DNA of 64,000 nucleotides from the human T2T-CHM13v2.0 reference genome, Homo sapiens: NCBI GenBank assembly GCA_009914755.4, contig CP086569.2, positions 22,432,001 to 22,496,000 of the forward strand, read 5' to 3'. Shown piece by piece: positions 12,092 to 24,345 of this stretch (position 1 is its first letter; each line of letters starts with the position of its first letter). The notes under the pieces were generated by a model. It saw only the letters and a program-made list of their open reading frames with translations, ran no database searches and was not told where the DNA came from. The position numbers and the translations under genes were made by a program.

Positions 12092-14251
12092 CCAGCTGAG
12101 CAGGTGCTTCAAGTTGTGAGGGGGCACTCCTCCATCATCTTGGGATGTCATCCTGGGACATAGAGTGTGAGCAGCAATAAGATCAGACAGGGGTGAGGAT
12201 AAAATCTGGCTAGGGGTGGATGGGGTCATGGAACTTCACCCACACACACAAAAAAAAATGAATGCAGATGACACAGAAAGTGCTTCCAACTCCATACCCA
12301 CATTCACTTAATTGCGCAAGCAGACCACACCATGGCTCGGTGTTCAGGTGGGAGTACTCCAACATTCAAGGAACATTTGGAGTGTCGGTTTGGGCTATCC
12401 TGGCAAACTCTGGATTTCAGGGATTTCATACCCAGAGACAAATGGAAATGGTATGGATTAATGCTGGATGGGATGGGGCTTCTGCAAGCCCTTCTCATTG
12501 TGAAGGGGCTCTTTCATTGGGCTGTTGCTGGATGGGACTGCCTCTTGCCACAGATTATTTTGCTGTCAGGGATTTCAAAGAGCAAAAGGGACTTTGGGTA
12601 GGCTGGCTGCACTCCATGTTTCAGGTGGTCCTTTTCTCATTGTGTGGGCTGAGGTTGTCTGCACTTTGCAGGAGGCTATTGGGTCCTCTGACAGGAATCA
12701 TTGAACACTGCTTCAACTCCAGCACAAGGCAGCTTGTTCTCTCAGCTGAGTCTTGGATTTTTCCGTGCTTTCTTCAGGAATCCACGTGCCTCTCAACAGA
12801 ACTACTGGACATAGTTTTCAGGCTTGCCATCACCACAGATGGACTCTGAGATACTGTCTCAACCTCATCTACACCCATGAGAGGTCAGTGCAAGATGTGA
12901 GAACACTGCTCCATCTTGGACTTGCCTTTGTTGTGGTTCCTGCCTTCCCCAGAGAGCTCCTGCAAGGCCGAGGATGAAGGGAGGCAGTGAAGTCAAGAGC
13001 CTGTCCGTCTTTTATAGACACCTGCCTCTGGGGTTTCAGGTATGATTCTATCACCCAAAGAACCCTCAAAAATACACCAGAATATATTCCAAACTTCACG
13101 GGACCTGATTCTGGAATACAGCCTCTTTCGGAGAAAGAGTGAGAAATGCAGTTTCCAGGGACCACCTCATGGTTTTGAAGCACATCCATCTCCAGGGGGA
13201 CCTGACCACGGAGAAAGCCTGAACGTGCTTTGAGGTTGAGACTCTTAGGGTCCCACAGTGGGTTTTTGCAGACAGCCTTTTTCCCAATACCAGGCTGTCT
13301 CTGCCTGTACCATTTTTCTCTGTATAGGTAGGCTGACAGCTCTGATAGTCAGGCAGTTGAGCCTGCCTCATGAATGGGAATGAGCATGTCTCAGGGCATC
13401 ATGCCTGATTGTGAGCTCTGGCTGGTGTCACAATGAATGTCACCATTGCTTAGACAAAAGTCCCTGTGGCTGGGTGGAGAAGGAGAACTCCATGGAGGTT
13501 CGTCGGTGGTGGACTGTCACTTGTCTTTTCTGTGGGATCCACGGGATAGTCTGATGAATCTAGGAGATGGCAGAGGTGAGCCAACCAAAAAAAAAAAAAA
13601 AAAGTTCAAGCACAGCCCCAAGAAAAAACTGCAAAATCCCTAAGGATCCAAAAGTATCTGCAGGATTTGTCAGTCCTGCCTAGACGTTGTAGGGGTAAGT
13701 CTTTTTGTAACTTGCCCCACTGTTATTTCTAGGTACAGCCCACCTGTGTTCACTGGAGTTGCTCTCTCTCGGGTAGGACTTCCTGCAGAACCACACAGCT
13801 TCAGGATCTGCCGCGTTGCATGTTTCTGTTACAGTGTTGTGACTCTTGGATGTCTGCATGCGTTTTTGTGGCATTTGTGTGTGGGGGGGTGTGTATGTAT
13901 GTGTGCACCTGTAAGTAGAGTCTACTTAAAGAAATGTGGCTAACACACTACATGGCTTTATTGTTTTGAGTGTCCTAACATTCTGCTGGCCTATATGTGT
14001 GACTCTGCTTGGGCTGCAGGGTTCTATGTTTTTTTCTTTTCTCTTTTTTTTTCTGTGGATCATAAATCCTCAGTGAATTGGGAGGGGGTCCAAGAACCTC
14101 TGGCATCCTAATCAGCTAACACTGCAAAAAAAGAAAAAGCCATAACAAAAAACAAACATCTCCCAGTGTTTCATTGTCTTGCAGCCAACCCAAGGACAGA
14201 CACTAGCAGTACTGTCCACAGGGCCCCTTGAACTTACCTCAAATTCAGTTC
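12092..14251 (+). repeat. Array unit U3 (2160 bp), with a ~330-bp internal deletion relative to the other units.
   Basis: Phase marker cccagctgagcaggtgcttcaagttgtgagggggcactcc. The segment between ...gatgctgggtgggatg... and ...ctcattgtggaggggctctttcattgggctg is missing near ~12478. Confidence 0.8.
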
Positions 14252-14502
14252 CCAGCCAAGCAGGTGCTTCAAGTCATGAGGGGGCACTCCATCATCCTGG
14301 TATTTCATCCTGGGACATAGAGTGTGAGCAGCAATAAGGTCAGATAATGGTGAGGATACAACCTGGTGAGGGATGGATTGGGTTCCTCAACTTTACCTGG
14401 AAGAGAAATGAAGACAGATGACACAGAAGGTGATTCCGACTCCATCCCTGCATTTCCTTAATTGTACAAGCAGTCCACACCATGGCCCAGTGTTCAGGTG
14501 GT

Positions 14503-14946
14503 GAGGAAAGATGCCACCTCTCTTATTGTCTCATAAATCAGAAAAGGAAAGAGGAAGTAAAAACTAAAGAAAGGCAGAAATGAGATCAATAGTCAGAAAG
14601 CTGGCACCACACTCCAGGCCTGGTACTTAAAAATCAACACTGACCTAACCGCTTGTATTATCCATAGATTCCAGACATTGTATGAGGAAGAATTGTCAAA
14701 GTTTCTGTTCTGTTCTGTCCTGATTACTGATCCATGCAGCCCAGCCACATACTGATGCTTGCTCAATTGATCATGACACTTTCACATGGATCCCCTAGAT
14801 TTGTAAGCTTTAAAATCTGCAGGGATCTCTGTCTCAGGGAGCTCAGTTTTTGAGACACAAGTCTGCCAATGCTCCTAGCCAAATAAAGCCACTTCCTTCT
14901 TTAACCCGGTGTCTGAATGGTATTGTCCATGGCTGCTCCTGCTACA
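14503..14946 (+). repeat. ERV1 5' LTR (~444 bp, TG...CA).
   Basis: Begins tgaggaaagatgccacctctcttattgtctcat and ends ...gtccatggctgctcctgctaca. Alignable to 22101-22549, but roughly 15-20% diverged. Confidence 0.8.
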
Positions 14947-15384
14947 TTTTTCAGTTCCTTGACTGGAAGCAAGGTGATTAGCATAAGGTTGAGGCAGCCC
15001 ATTAGGTGGCTTAGGTCTGCCCTGTGGAGCATCCTTGTGGAGGACTCCATCCAGCTTGAGTGTCATGGATCCTGAGAGAGCTCCAGGGTAGGCAATAGAC
15101 CCAGTGGAATGCCTCACTAGAGCAGTACACAGCAGGCTCCCACAAAGGATTGATGTAGTGGCTGTACACCAGGAAGGAACTGGTACTTGGAGTCTGGACA
15201 TCTAGAACATGGTATGGCTGGTCTTGGGAACTTGGCTACTCCAAGTGGAAGCATGGCCTGATACCCACGGCATGCCTTTATTGGAACTTTGGTTTAGGTT
15301 TTGCTTTTGACTTGGATTGAGTTACTTGATTTAGTTTGAATTAGAGTGTGTGACCTTTACCCTTTCCTTCTTGCAGTGTGACTA

Positions 15385-16450
15385 TTGTCTTTTCTTGGGA
15401 GAAAAAAGAATCAGACACGAAGTAAGTCCACCCTGCTAGGAACTATGCTGAAAAATTTCAAGAAGAGATTTAAAGGAAACTATGGAGTTACTATGACACC
15501 AGGGAAACTTAGAACTTTGTGTGAGATAGACAGGCAAGCATTAGAAGTGGGTTGGCCATCAGAAGGAAGCCTAGATAGGTCCCTTGTTTCAAAGGAATTG
15601 CACAAGATAATCTGTAAACCAGGGCACCCAGATCAGTTCCCATACATAGACACTTGGTTATAGCTGGTTTTAGACCCCCTGCACAGTGGTTAAGAGGACA
15701 GGCAGCAGCAGCAGCAGTGCTAGTGGCAATGGGACAGATAGCCAATGAAGGATCCCACTCCACCCGCCAAAGGAAGTCGGCTCCTAAAGTTCTGTCTGAC
15801 CCAATATGAGAAGACTCATGGCAGGAAATGGCACCAACTATGCCCCTGGCATCCTGGAAGGGTTAAAGAAGGGAGCTCAGAAGGCCAGAAATGTTAAAAA
15901 AGTGTCTGAGGTCATTCAAGGAAAAGAAGGGAGTCCAGCACAATTTCATGAAAGACTTTGAGGCCTATTGTATGTATACACCCTTTGATCTTGAAAGCCC
16001 TGAAAATCAATGCATGATTAACACGGCTTTAGGTCATCAAAGCACAGGAGACATTATAAGAAAACTTCAGAAACAGGCTAGGTTTGAGGGCATAAACACA
16101 TCCCTGTTATTGGAAATAGCCAATCAGGGTTTGTGAATAGAGATGCAGCAGGCCATAGAGAAAGCTGCAAAGAAAGCAAGCACCAAGCCAGGTGAAAGGC
16201 TGATCTCCTAGTCACAGCTATTAGAGGGGTCCACCCAAAGGGCCAAGGAAGGGGAGGCCCTGAAAAAAAAAAACACCCAGTTTGACCAACCACACCTGCA
16301 ACATAACCAGTGTGCATACTGTAAAGAAATAGGGCATTGGAAAGACAAGTGCCCCCAGTTAAAAGAGAAACAAAATGACTCTGAGCCAGAGGTCTCAAGC
16401 AAGGATGAAGTGGCCTTGTTTAATTTGGCAGAAGAGTTACTGGACTGAGG
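15385..16450 (+). pseudogene. ERV1 gag remnant (MA-CA-NC), interrupted by frameshifts and stops.
   Basis: MA ...KPGHPDQFPYIDTWL resembles MLV ...HPDQVPYIVTW. CA ...FEAYCMYTPFDLESPENQCMINTALGHQSTGDIIRKLQK resembles MLV CA. NC zinc knuckle CAYCKEIGHWKDKCPQ at ~16310-16358. Confidence 0.8.
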
Positions 16451-16481
16451 GGAACTGGGCTCAGGTGCTCCCTATGAGCCC

Positions 16482-16800
16482 ATGGTCAGTATGAGAGTCA
16501 GGGGAAAAGACATTGAGTTTCTTGTCAATACTGGTGCAGAACATTCAGTAGTAACCACCCCGATCACCCCTTTATCCAAAAAGACTATTGATATATTCAG
16601 AGCCACAGGAGTCTCAGAAAAACAAGTTTTCTGCTTGCCCCAGACTTGTACTGTAGGGGGGCATGAATCACTATTCATTATGGCCCTTATGGTACACTGG
16701 GAGGAGGAATGGAGACTTTTCTTAACTAAGTCAGGCAAAGAGATAGGACCAGCTCTGGCTAAGTGGTAGCCCAGGGTGTGGGCAGAAGATAAACCTCTAG
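16482..16800 (+). pseudogene. ERV1 retropepsin (protease) remnant.
   Basis: ORF contains ...IEFLVNTGAEHSVVTTP... (compare MLV LVDTGAQHSVL). Confidence 0.8.
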
Positions 16801-16842
16801 GACTGGCAGTCAACCAAGCCACCATACTCATAGAAGTTAATT

Positions 16843-19800
16843 TTGGGGGTCCAGCTGGTCAGGCAAAGACAGTGCCCAGTCCCCAGACAAGTTATTGAAG
16901 GTAGCCAGGTTCATCTCAAATGCCTCAGAGCCTTTGGAATTATAGTCCCTTGTCAGTCGCCATGGAACACTCCCCTCCTGCCTGTTCCTAAGCCAGGGAC
17001 TGAGGACTACAGGCAAGTACAGGACTTGTGCTTGGTCAGTCACACTACAGTGACTTTACATCCAACAGTACCTAACCCATACACATTGTTGGGTTATTGT
17101 CAGCTGAGGACAGGTGGTTCACTTGCCTAGACCTGAAGGACACCTTATTTAGCATCAGACTATCTCCTGAGAGCCAGAAACTGTTTGCCTTCCAGTGGGA
17201 AGAAAGATCCGGGGTTAGGTGTCACCACTCAGTACACTTGAATCCTGCTTCTCCAAGGGTTTAAGCACTCACCCACCATCTTCAGGAGAGGTGCTGGCTT
17301 GAGACCTCCAAAAGTTCCCCACCAAAGACCTATGCTGCGTTTTGCTCCAGTACGTGGATGATCTTCTGCATGCTCACCCCATGGCAGTTGGGTGTGCCAG
17401 AGGGACAGAGGCCCTCCTTCAGTAGCTGCAGAAGTGTGGATATAAGGTATCAAAGAAGAAAGCTCAAATCTGAAGACAGCAGGTAAGCTACCTGGGATTG
17501 AATATCCAACAGGGGGAACACAGCTTGGGGTCAGAAAGAAAGCAAGTCATCTGCAGCCTATTGGAGCCTAAGACCAGAAGGCAAGTGAGAAAATTCTTAG
17601 GAGCTGTGGGGGTTGTGCAGACTGTGGATTGCAAACTTTGCAGTACTAGTGAAGCTTCTGTATGGGTCTAAAAAGGGGAAGACCAGGAAGCTTTTGAATG
17701 GGGGTCCCAACAAGAGCAAGCCTTTTATGAGTTAAAAGAGAAACTCATGTCAGCTCCAGCCCTGGTTCTGCCTGATCTGACAAAGCCATTTACACCATAT
17801 GTGTCAGGGAGAGAAAAAATGGCAGTTGGGGTTTTGACCCAGAATGTGGGGTCCTGGCTGAGGCCAGTGGCCTACCTCTCTAAAAAACTAGACAGGGTTT
17901 CTAAAGGTTGGTCCTCTTGTTTGAGGGTATTAGCAGCAACTGCCCTGAAAGCACAAGAAGCAGATAAACTAACTCTTGGGCAAAACATGAACATAAAGGC
18001 CCCACATGCTGTGGTGACTTTACTGAATACCAAAGGATATCATTGGCTAATGAATGCTAGACTAAGCAAGTACAAAGCTTTCTCTGTGAAAATCCCCACA
18101 CAATCAATGAAGTTTGTAACAACCTGAATTTTGCCACCTTGCTCCCTGTATAAGAAAGCCCTGTTGAGCATAACTGTGTAGAGGTGTTGAACTCAGCTTA
18201 CTTTAGCAAGCCTGACGTGGGCATCAGTGGACTGGGAGGTATATGTGGGTGGGAGCAGCTTTGTCAACCCACAAGGAGTGAGGTATGCAGGATATGGAGT
18301 GGTAACCCTGGACACTGTCATTGAGGCCAAACTATTGCCACAGAGTACTTCAGCCCAGAAAGCCAAGATCACTGCTTTAATTTGGGTGTGAAAACTCAGT
18401 GAAGGTAAGACTAAAAACATTTACACTGACTCTTGGTATGTTTTCTCAACCCTCCAAGTACATGGAGCATTATATAAAGAAAAGGGGCTGTTAATCTCTG
18501 GAGGAAAGGACAGAAATCATCAGCAATAAATCTTGTAATTATTAGAAGCAGTATGGAAACCCCAAAATGTGTCAGTCATGCATTTCAGGGGACACCAGCA
18601 AGCTTCTACCATGGTTGCTTTAGGGAACTCCAGAGCTGACTCAGAGGCTCAAAAAGCAGCCTCCACCCCTACCAGGCATTGGTCTCAACCCCCCTGCTTC
18701 CTCAGGCACCTGACCTTGTACCTACTTGTTGTAAAGAAGAGAAAGACTTCTTTCAGGCAGGAGAGCAAACAGCAAAAGAGGGATGGATCCAGTTACCAGA
18801 CAGAAGAATAGCCATGCCACAGCTGCTAGGAGGCACAATTGTACTGGCTGTGCATGAACCTACCCCTCTAGTTCAGGAATCACTTAAAAAGTTGTTAGGC
18901 TGGTACTTCTACATATCATATTTGTCAGCCCTTTCCAAAACGGTGGCATGGTGATGTATTATATGCTGACAACAAAATGTGAGGGAGGGTGGAGCAATTC
19001 TGCCCAGCATAGAAGTTTATGGAGGAGCCCCCTTTGACGATTTCCAGGTGAACTTCACAGAGATGCCAAATTGTGGAGGTAACACATATTTACTAGTTCT
19101 TGTGTGTACATACTCTGAGCTGGTAGAGGCTTATCCAACACAAACTGAAAAACCTTGTGAAGTAACATGTGTTCTTCTTTGAGATCTTATTCCTAGATTT
19201 GGACTGCCCCTACGAATTGGTTCAGATAAGTGGACAGTGTTTATGACTGACTTGGTGCAGAAGACAGCAAAGGTATTGGGGATCACGTGGAAACCACATG
19301 CAACCTACTGACCTCAGAGTTCCAGAAAGGTGGAGCGAATTAATCAAACTGTTATAAATAGCTGAGGGAAAGTGTTTCCAGAAACAGGATTGAAATGGTT
19401 ACAGACTCTCCGTATGGTATTCTTTAAGATAAGATGTACTCCTTCTAAAAGAACAGGATATTCCCCTTATGAAATATTATATCATAGACCCACTCCCATA
19501 TTATAGGGACTCCCAGGCACTCTTCGATAGTTAGGTGAAGTTAAGTTACAGCAACAGCTACAAGCTCTAGGAAAAATTACACAAACAATTTCAGGCTGGG
19601 AAAATGAAAGGGGTCCTATTAGTTTATTCTCCCCAGTTCACAACTTCTCCCCCAGGTGATCACATGTGGATCAAGGACTGGAATGCAGCCCCCTACATCC
19701 ATGGTGTAAGGGACCCCAGACTGTCATTTTGACCACTCCCACCTGGTGAAGGTAGAAGGAATCCCATCCTGGATCCATCACCGTCGTGTAACACCTGCAG

Positions 19801-19870
19801 TGCCTGAGACCTGGGAGGTAAGACAAAGGCCAGACAACCACTGCAAAGTGACGCTCAGAAAGACGACAAG
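16843..19870 (+). pseudogene. ERV1 pol remnant (RT, RNaseH tether, integrase), multiply disrupted.
   Basis: VPCQSPWNTPLLPVPKPGTEDYRQVQDL...HPTVPNPY (RT fingers). QYVDDLL near 17340. LPDLTKPFTPYVSGREKMAVGVLTQNVGSWLRPVAYLSKKLD...KLTLGQNMNIKAPHAV (connection/RNaseH, nearly MLV-identical motif order). HFRGHQ...GNSRADSEA (IN zinc/HHCC region). FDDFQVNFTEMP...YLLVLV.T.SELVEAYPTQTEKPCEV (IN core). ...WKGPQTVILTTPT... (IN C-terminus). Confidence 0.85.
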
Positions 19871-19920
19871 CCCTGCTCCAGTCACACTTTTAAGCTGATT
19901 GGTCTACACATGATTGAATC

Positions 19921-22010
19921 ATGAGAAAACTCATCGTGGGACTTACTCTCCTTAAAATTTGGACTTGTATAATAAAGACTGATTATACAATGCTTACTGT
20001 GGATGTCTTCCACACTACACGTTTCCCAGTTCATGGAAGAGGATCCTCAAAGAATCCATTGCATGAGTGTTTCCTTCTAAACACTGTCATGTTCCCAAAA
20101 TGGAGGACTGTTCCCTGTGTATTCATCATGTTACTGAGGTATGGAAACAAGTTAAAACAATCTTTCGGTTTATAGATATTTTGAATGCCTAGGAACTTTA
20201 AAAGAAAATTGCCTGTATAACTTCACTCAGATGTGCTATAACACATCTGAATCTCTTATGAACACAGTCTTTGAAATAAGATTAAGAACTCTCCCTTTTC
20301 TAAGTGTTACAAGTAAAATAATAGCTAAAACAGAAGAAAAATGAATCCCCAAACACAAAATCTTAAATTCTGATGCTTGTGTCACCATTAATATTAACCA
20401 TTAATGATAAGGATGTGGCTGTCTTGACTGAGAAAAAAGTTATCCAGCAGAGAATAAGTATATTTGAGTATATTTGCCATGAGTTAGGCCAATGTGATAA
20501 AGCATGTAATTACTGGTCCTGTGTCATTTTGGCTACCTGGAAAAATAATGAAAAATATCCAGTATGGCTTCAGAAAGGAAAGGGTGATTCCTCTTGCACA
20601 AGCAGCCACAGTAACACCTTAGAACCAATAATCACCAGTCCCCTAGACCCCCCATTGGAAATAGGGAAAACATGTAACTCTTGGGATCCATGTAGCTGGA
20701 CAGGATCCTTCAGTAAATATTTCAGTCAGACAAGAGGTCAAAATGTATTCTCACAAACCAGGGTTTCAGACCTTCTGTGATGAATTAAATGTGCCCATAC
20801 CAGAGTTCCCAGGGAAGACAAAGAATTTTTTCCTGCAGTTAGCAGAAAATGTAGTCCATTCCCTCAATGTTTCTTCCTTTTATGTATGTGAGGGAACCAC
20901 TATGGGAGACAAATGGCCTTAAGAAGCCCAAGAATTAGTGCCTACTGATCCAATTCCCGATATGATTACCATCCAGAAGACCCACACTGGCAACTTCTGG
21001 GTCTTAAGAACCTCAATTATTGGGCAGTATTGCATAGCTATAGAAGGAAACAACATCATCCTCCCTGTGGAAAGCTTCACCTGCCTTGGGCAAAACTGTA
21101 TAACAGCACAGTAAAAACAGCCACATGGTGGGGTTCAAACCACAGTGATAAAAATCTGTTTCATAAATTTCCAAAGTTGCAAACCATCTGGACCCACACA
21201 GAGTCTCAGTGGGACTGGACAGCCCATGCTGGACTATGCTGGATATCTGGGCATAGACCCTACACGATGTTACCTGAACAATGGGCAGGTAGTTGTGTTA
21301 TTGGCACCATTAAACCATCCTTTTTCTAACTGCCCATGAAAACACATGAAATCCTGGACTTCCAAGTCTATGCTTCCTGAGAAAAGAGGAGCATAGCTAT
21401 AGGCAAATTGAAATATATTGAGTGGCTCCCTAAAAGGATCATACAATACTATGGGCCTGCCACTTGGGCACAAGATGGCTCATGGGGATACTGAAACCCC
21501 ATTTACATGCTTAACCAAATCATATGGTTACAAACTGTCTTAGAAATAATCACTAATAAAACTGGCAAAGCTTTGAGTCTTTTAGCCTGGCAGGAAACCC
21601 AGATGAGAAATGCTGTCTATCAAAATAGATTAGCCCTCGACTACTTGCTAGCAGCTGAAGAAGGGGTCTGTGGAAAATTGAACCTAACCAATTGCTGTCT
21701 GCATATAGATCATCAAGAGCAAGTGGTCAAAAATATAGTCAGAGATAGGACACACCTTGCACATGTGCCATCATTTTGGCTACCTGGAAAAAGAATGAAA
21801 AATATCAATTGACATTGGTTTGATCCTGGATCAATATTTGGAAAATGGTTTCCAGTGATAGGAAAATTTAAAATTTTTATAGTAGGAAGAAAAATAGTAA
21901 TAGGAACATGCTTATTTCTCCCCTGCTTGCTACTCATACTCCTTCAAATAATGCGAGCTTTGTTACTGCCATGGTCCCCCAAAATGCTTCAGCACCTGTA
22001 TATTACGTGA
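19921..22010 (+). pseudogene. ERV1 env remnant (leader, SU, TM), frameshifted.
   Basis: TM segment [74 protein letters not shown] carries an ISD-like motif and the gamma-type CX6CC. A hydrophobic membrane anchor follows: ...IVGRKIVIGTCLFLPCLLLILLQIMRA. Confidence 0.75.
19996..20092 (+). repeat. ~95-bp patch of macrosatellite-unit sequence embedded inside ERV1, in the env leader region.
   Basis: gtcttccacactacacgtttcccagttcatggaagaggatcctcaaagaatccattgcatgagtgtttccttctaaacactgtcatgtt aligns to the unit segment at 22756-22850, sharing the local variant ctcaaagaatccattgcatgagtgtttccttctaaaca, and to 7565-7650. Confidence 0.65.
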
Positions 22011-22100
22011 ACTACTATAGATCTGTCTTGCAGGAAGACCTAGGAAGGGAGGATGAGAGTGAGAACTCCCACTAATAAGTGAGATTCTCAGAGCGGGGAA

Positions 22101-22549
22101 TAAGGAGGGAGACCACCTCTCTTATTGTCTCATACCTTAAAAAAAGAAAAAGGAATCAAAAACTAAAGAAAGGCAGAGATGAATTCAATTGCCAGGCAGA
22201 ACATGCACGGCACTCCAGGACTGGCAGTTAAAAATCAACCCCTCACCTAACCGCTTGTATTATCTATAGATTCCAGACACTGTATGAGGAAGCATCGTGA
22301 AACTGTTTTGTTCTCTTCTATCCTGATTACCAATAGATGCAGCCTCAGCAACATACCCCATGCTTGCTCAATCAATGATGACCCCTTCACAGGGACCCTC
22401 TTAGAGTTGTAAGCCTTTAAAAAGGGTAGAAATCTCTCTGTGGGGAACTTGGTTTTTGAGACAGCTGGCTGATGCTCCCAGCCGAATAAAGTCACTTCTT
22501 TCTTTAAGCCAGTGTCTGAAGGGTTTTGTCCATGGCTTATGCTGCTACA
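22101..22549 (+). repeat. ERV1 3' LTR (~449 bp).
   Basis: Begins taaggagggagaccacctctcttattgtctcat and ends ...gtccatggcttatgctgctaca. It is immediately followed by unit sequence (a)tgggagtattccaatgtacaaggaacatttgg. Confidence 0.8.
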
Positions 22550-23292
22550 ATGGGAGTATTCCAATGTACAAGGAACATTTGGAGATTTGGATTGCCAATT
22601 GGGGCCATCCTGGCAAACCCCCATATGAGAGCTTTCATACCAGAAGCCAAATGGGAATGAGAGAGATTGATACAATATAGGATGTAACCTCCACACTTGC
22701 CTCTTCATATTCTGACTTACCTGTTCCTCATCAGCCTAGGGTTTCCTGGGTCTGGCTCAGTGTCTTCCTCACTAAACATTTCCCTCTTCATGGAAGGTGA
22801 CTCTCAAAGAATCCATTGCATGAGTGTTTCCTTCTAAACAGTGTCATGTTTTAATGACTGGGCATCTGTGATAATTTTAAAACCATAAGTTCCTGTTACA
22901 GCCACCAACAAGGAGACTCTTGCTCTCCAGCTTTTACAAGAGGGCTGCATGATTCCTGTAGGTGGAGAAGTAGGCAGCCATTTCTGGCTTTTGCCTGGTA
23001 ATCTAGACTCTGTTTCATTCCATCTCCATGTCCTTCCTCATTGTGGAAAGCGTCTTTCACTGGGCTTTTGCTGAGTTGGGCTGCCTCTCACCACAGATTT
23101 ATTGGCCTCCAGGGATTTCAGGAAGGACAAGGGACTTTGGGTAGGCTGGCTGCAACCCAGGTTGTGGGTATTGGTCTCCTTATGGGGGCTGAGGTTGTTT
23201 GCACTTTGCAGGAGGCTTTTGGGTTCTCTGACAGAAATCATTGAACATTGCTAGGACTCCAGAACAAGGCAGCTTGTTTCACTCCTTTCTCT

Positions 23293-24177
<885 letters not shown>

Positions 24178-24179
24178 TC

Positions 24180-24197
24180 TGGTGCCCAACACAGTGC
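24180..24197 (+). promoter_or_regulatory. ERV2 primer-binding site, tRNA-Lys(1,2)-like.
   Basis: tggtgcccaacacagtgc versus the HERV-K PBS TGGCGCCCAACGTGGGGC (14/18 match), two bases after the LTR end. Confidence 0.6.
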
Positions 24198-24345
24198 TCC
24201 CTATATCTCTACAAATCATCCAGTGAGGGAACACCAGAGCGTAGAAAGTGCAGGATGACTGACAAAGGATGTCCGAGTACCTTTTCCCTTCACGCTCTAC
24301 AGGTAAGTGGGGCACTCAGAGAATTCCAGGGCAACCTCAGGAAAA

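Larger units (their letters stand above)
14503..22549 (+). mobile_element. ERV1: class I, gammaretrovirus-like endogenous provirus (LTR-gag-pro-pol-env-LTR, ~8.05 kb), degraded and inserted in array unit U4.
   Basis: Flanking ~445-bp LTRs. Internal translations match MLV-like MA, CA, NC zinc knuckle, protease, RT, RNaseH tether, integrase and a CX6CC env TM. The unit sequence is continuous across the insertion, with a probable 4-bp TSD (gtgg/atgg). Confidence 0.88.

Noticed and set aside
14947-14990. tRNA primer-binding site for ERV1
   Set aside because: The sequence after the 5' LTR (tttttcagttccttgactggaagcaaggtg) does not match any tRNA 3' end I can recall, so no PBS feature is called.
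21507-21812. Possible intact, domesticated env (syncytin-like) in ERV1
   Set aside because: Only a 101-aa TM fragment is open. SU and the rest of TM are split across frames (20373-20780, 21030-21329, 21507-21812), with stops and an array-derived patch in the leader. It is not a functional env.
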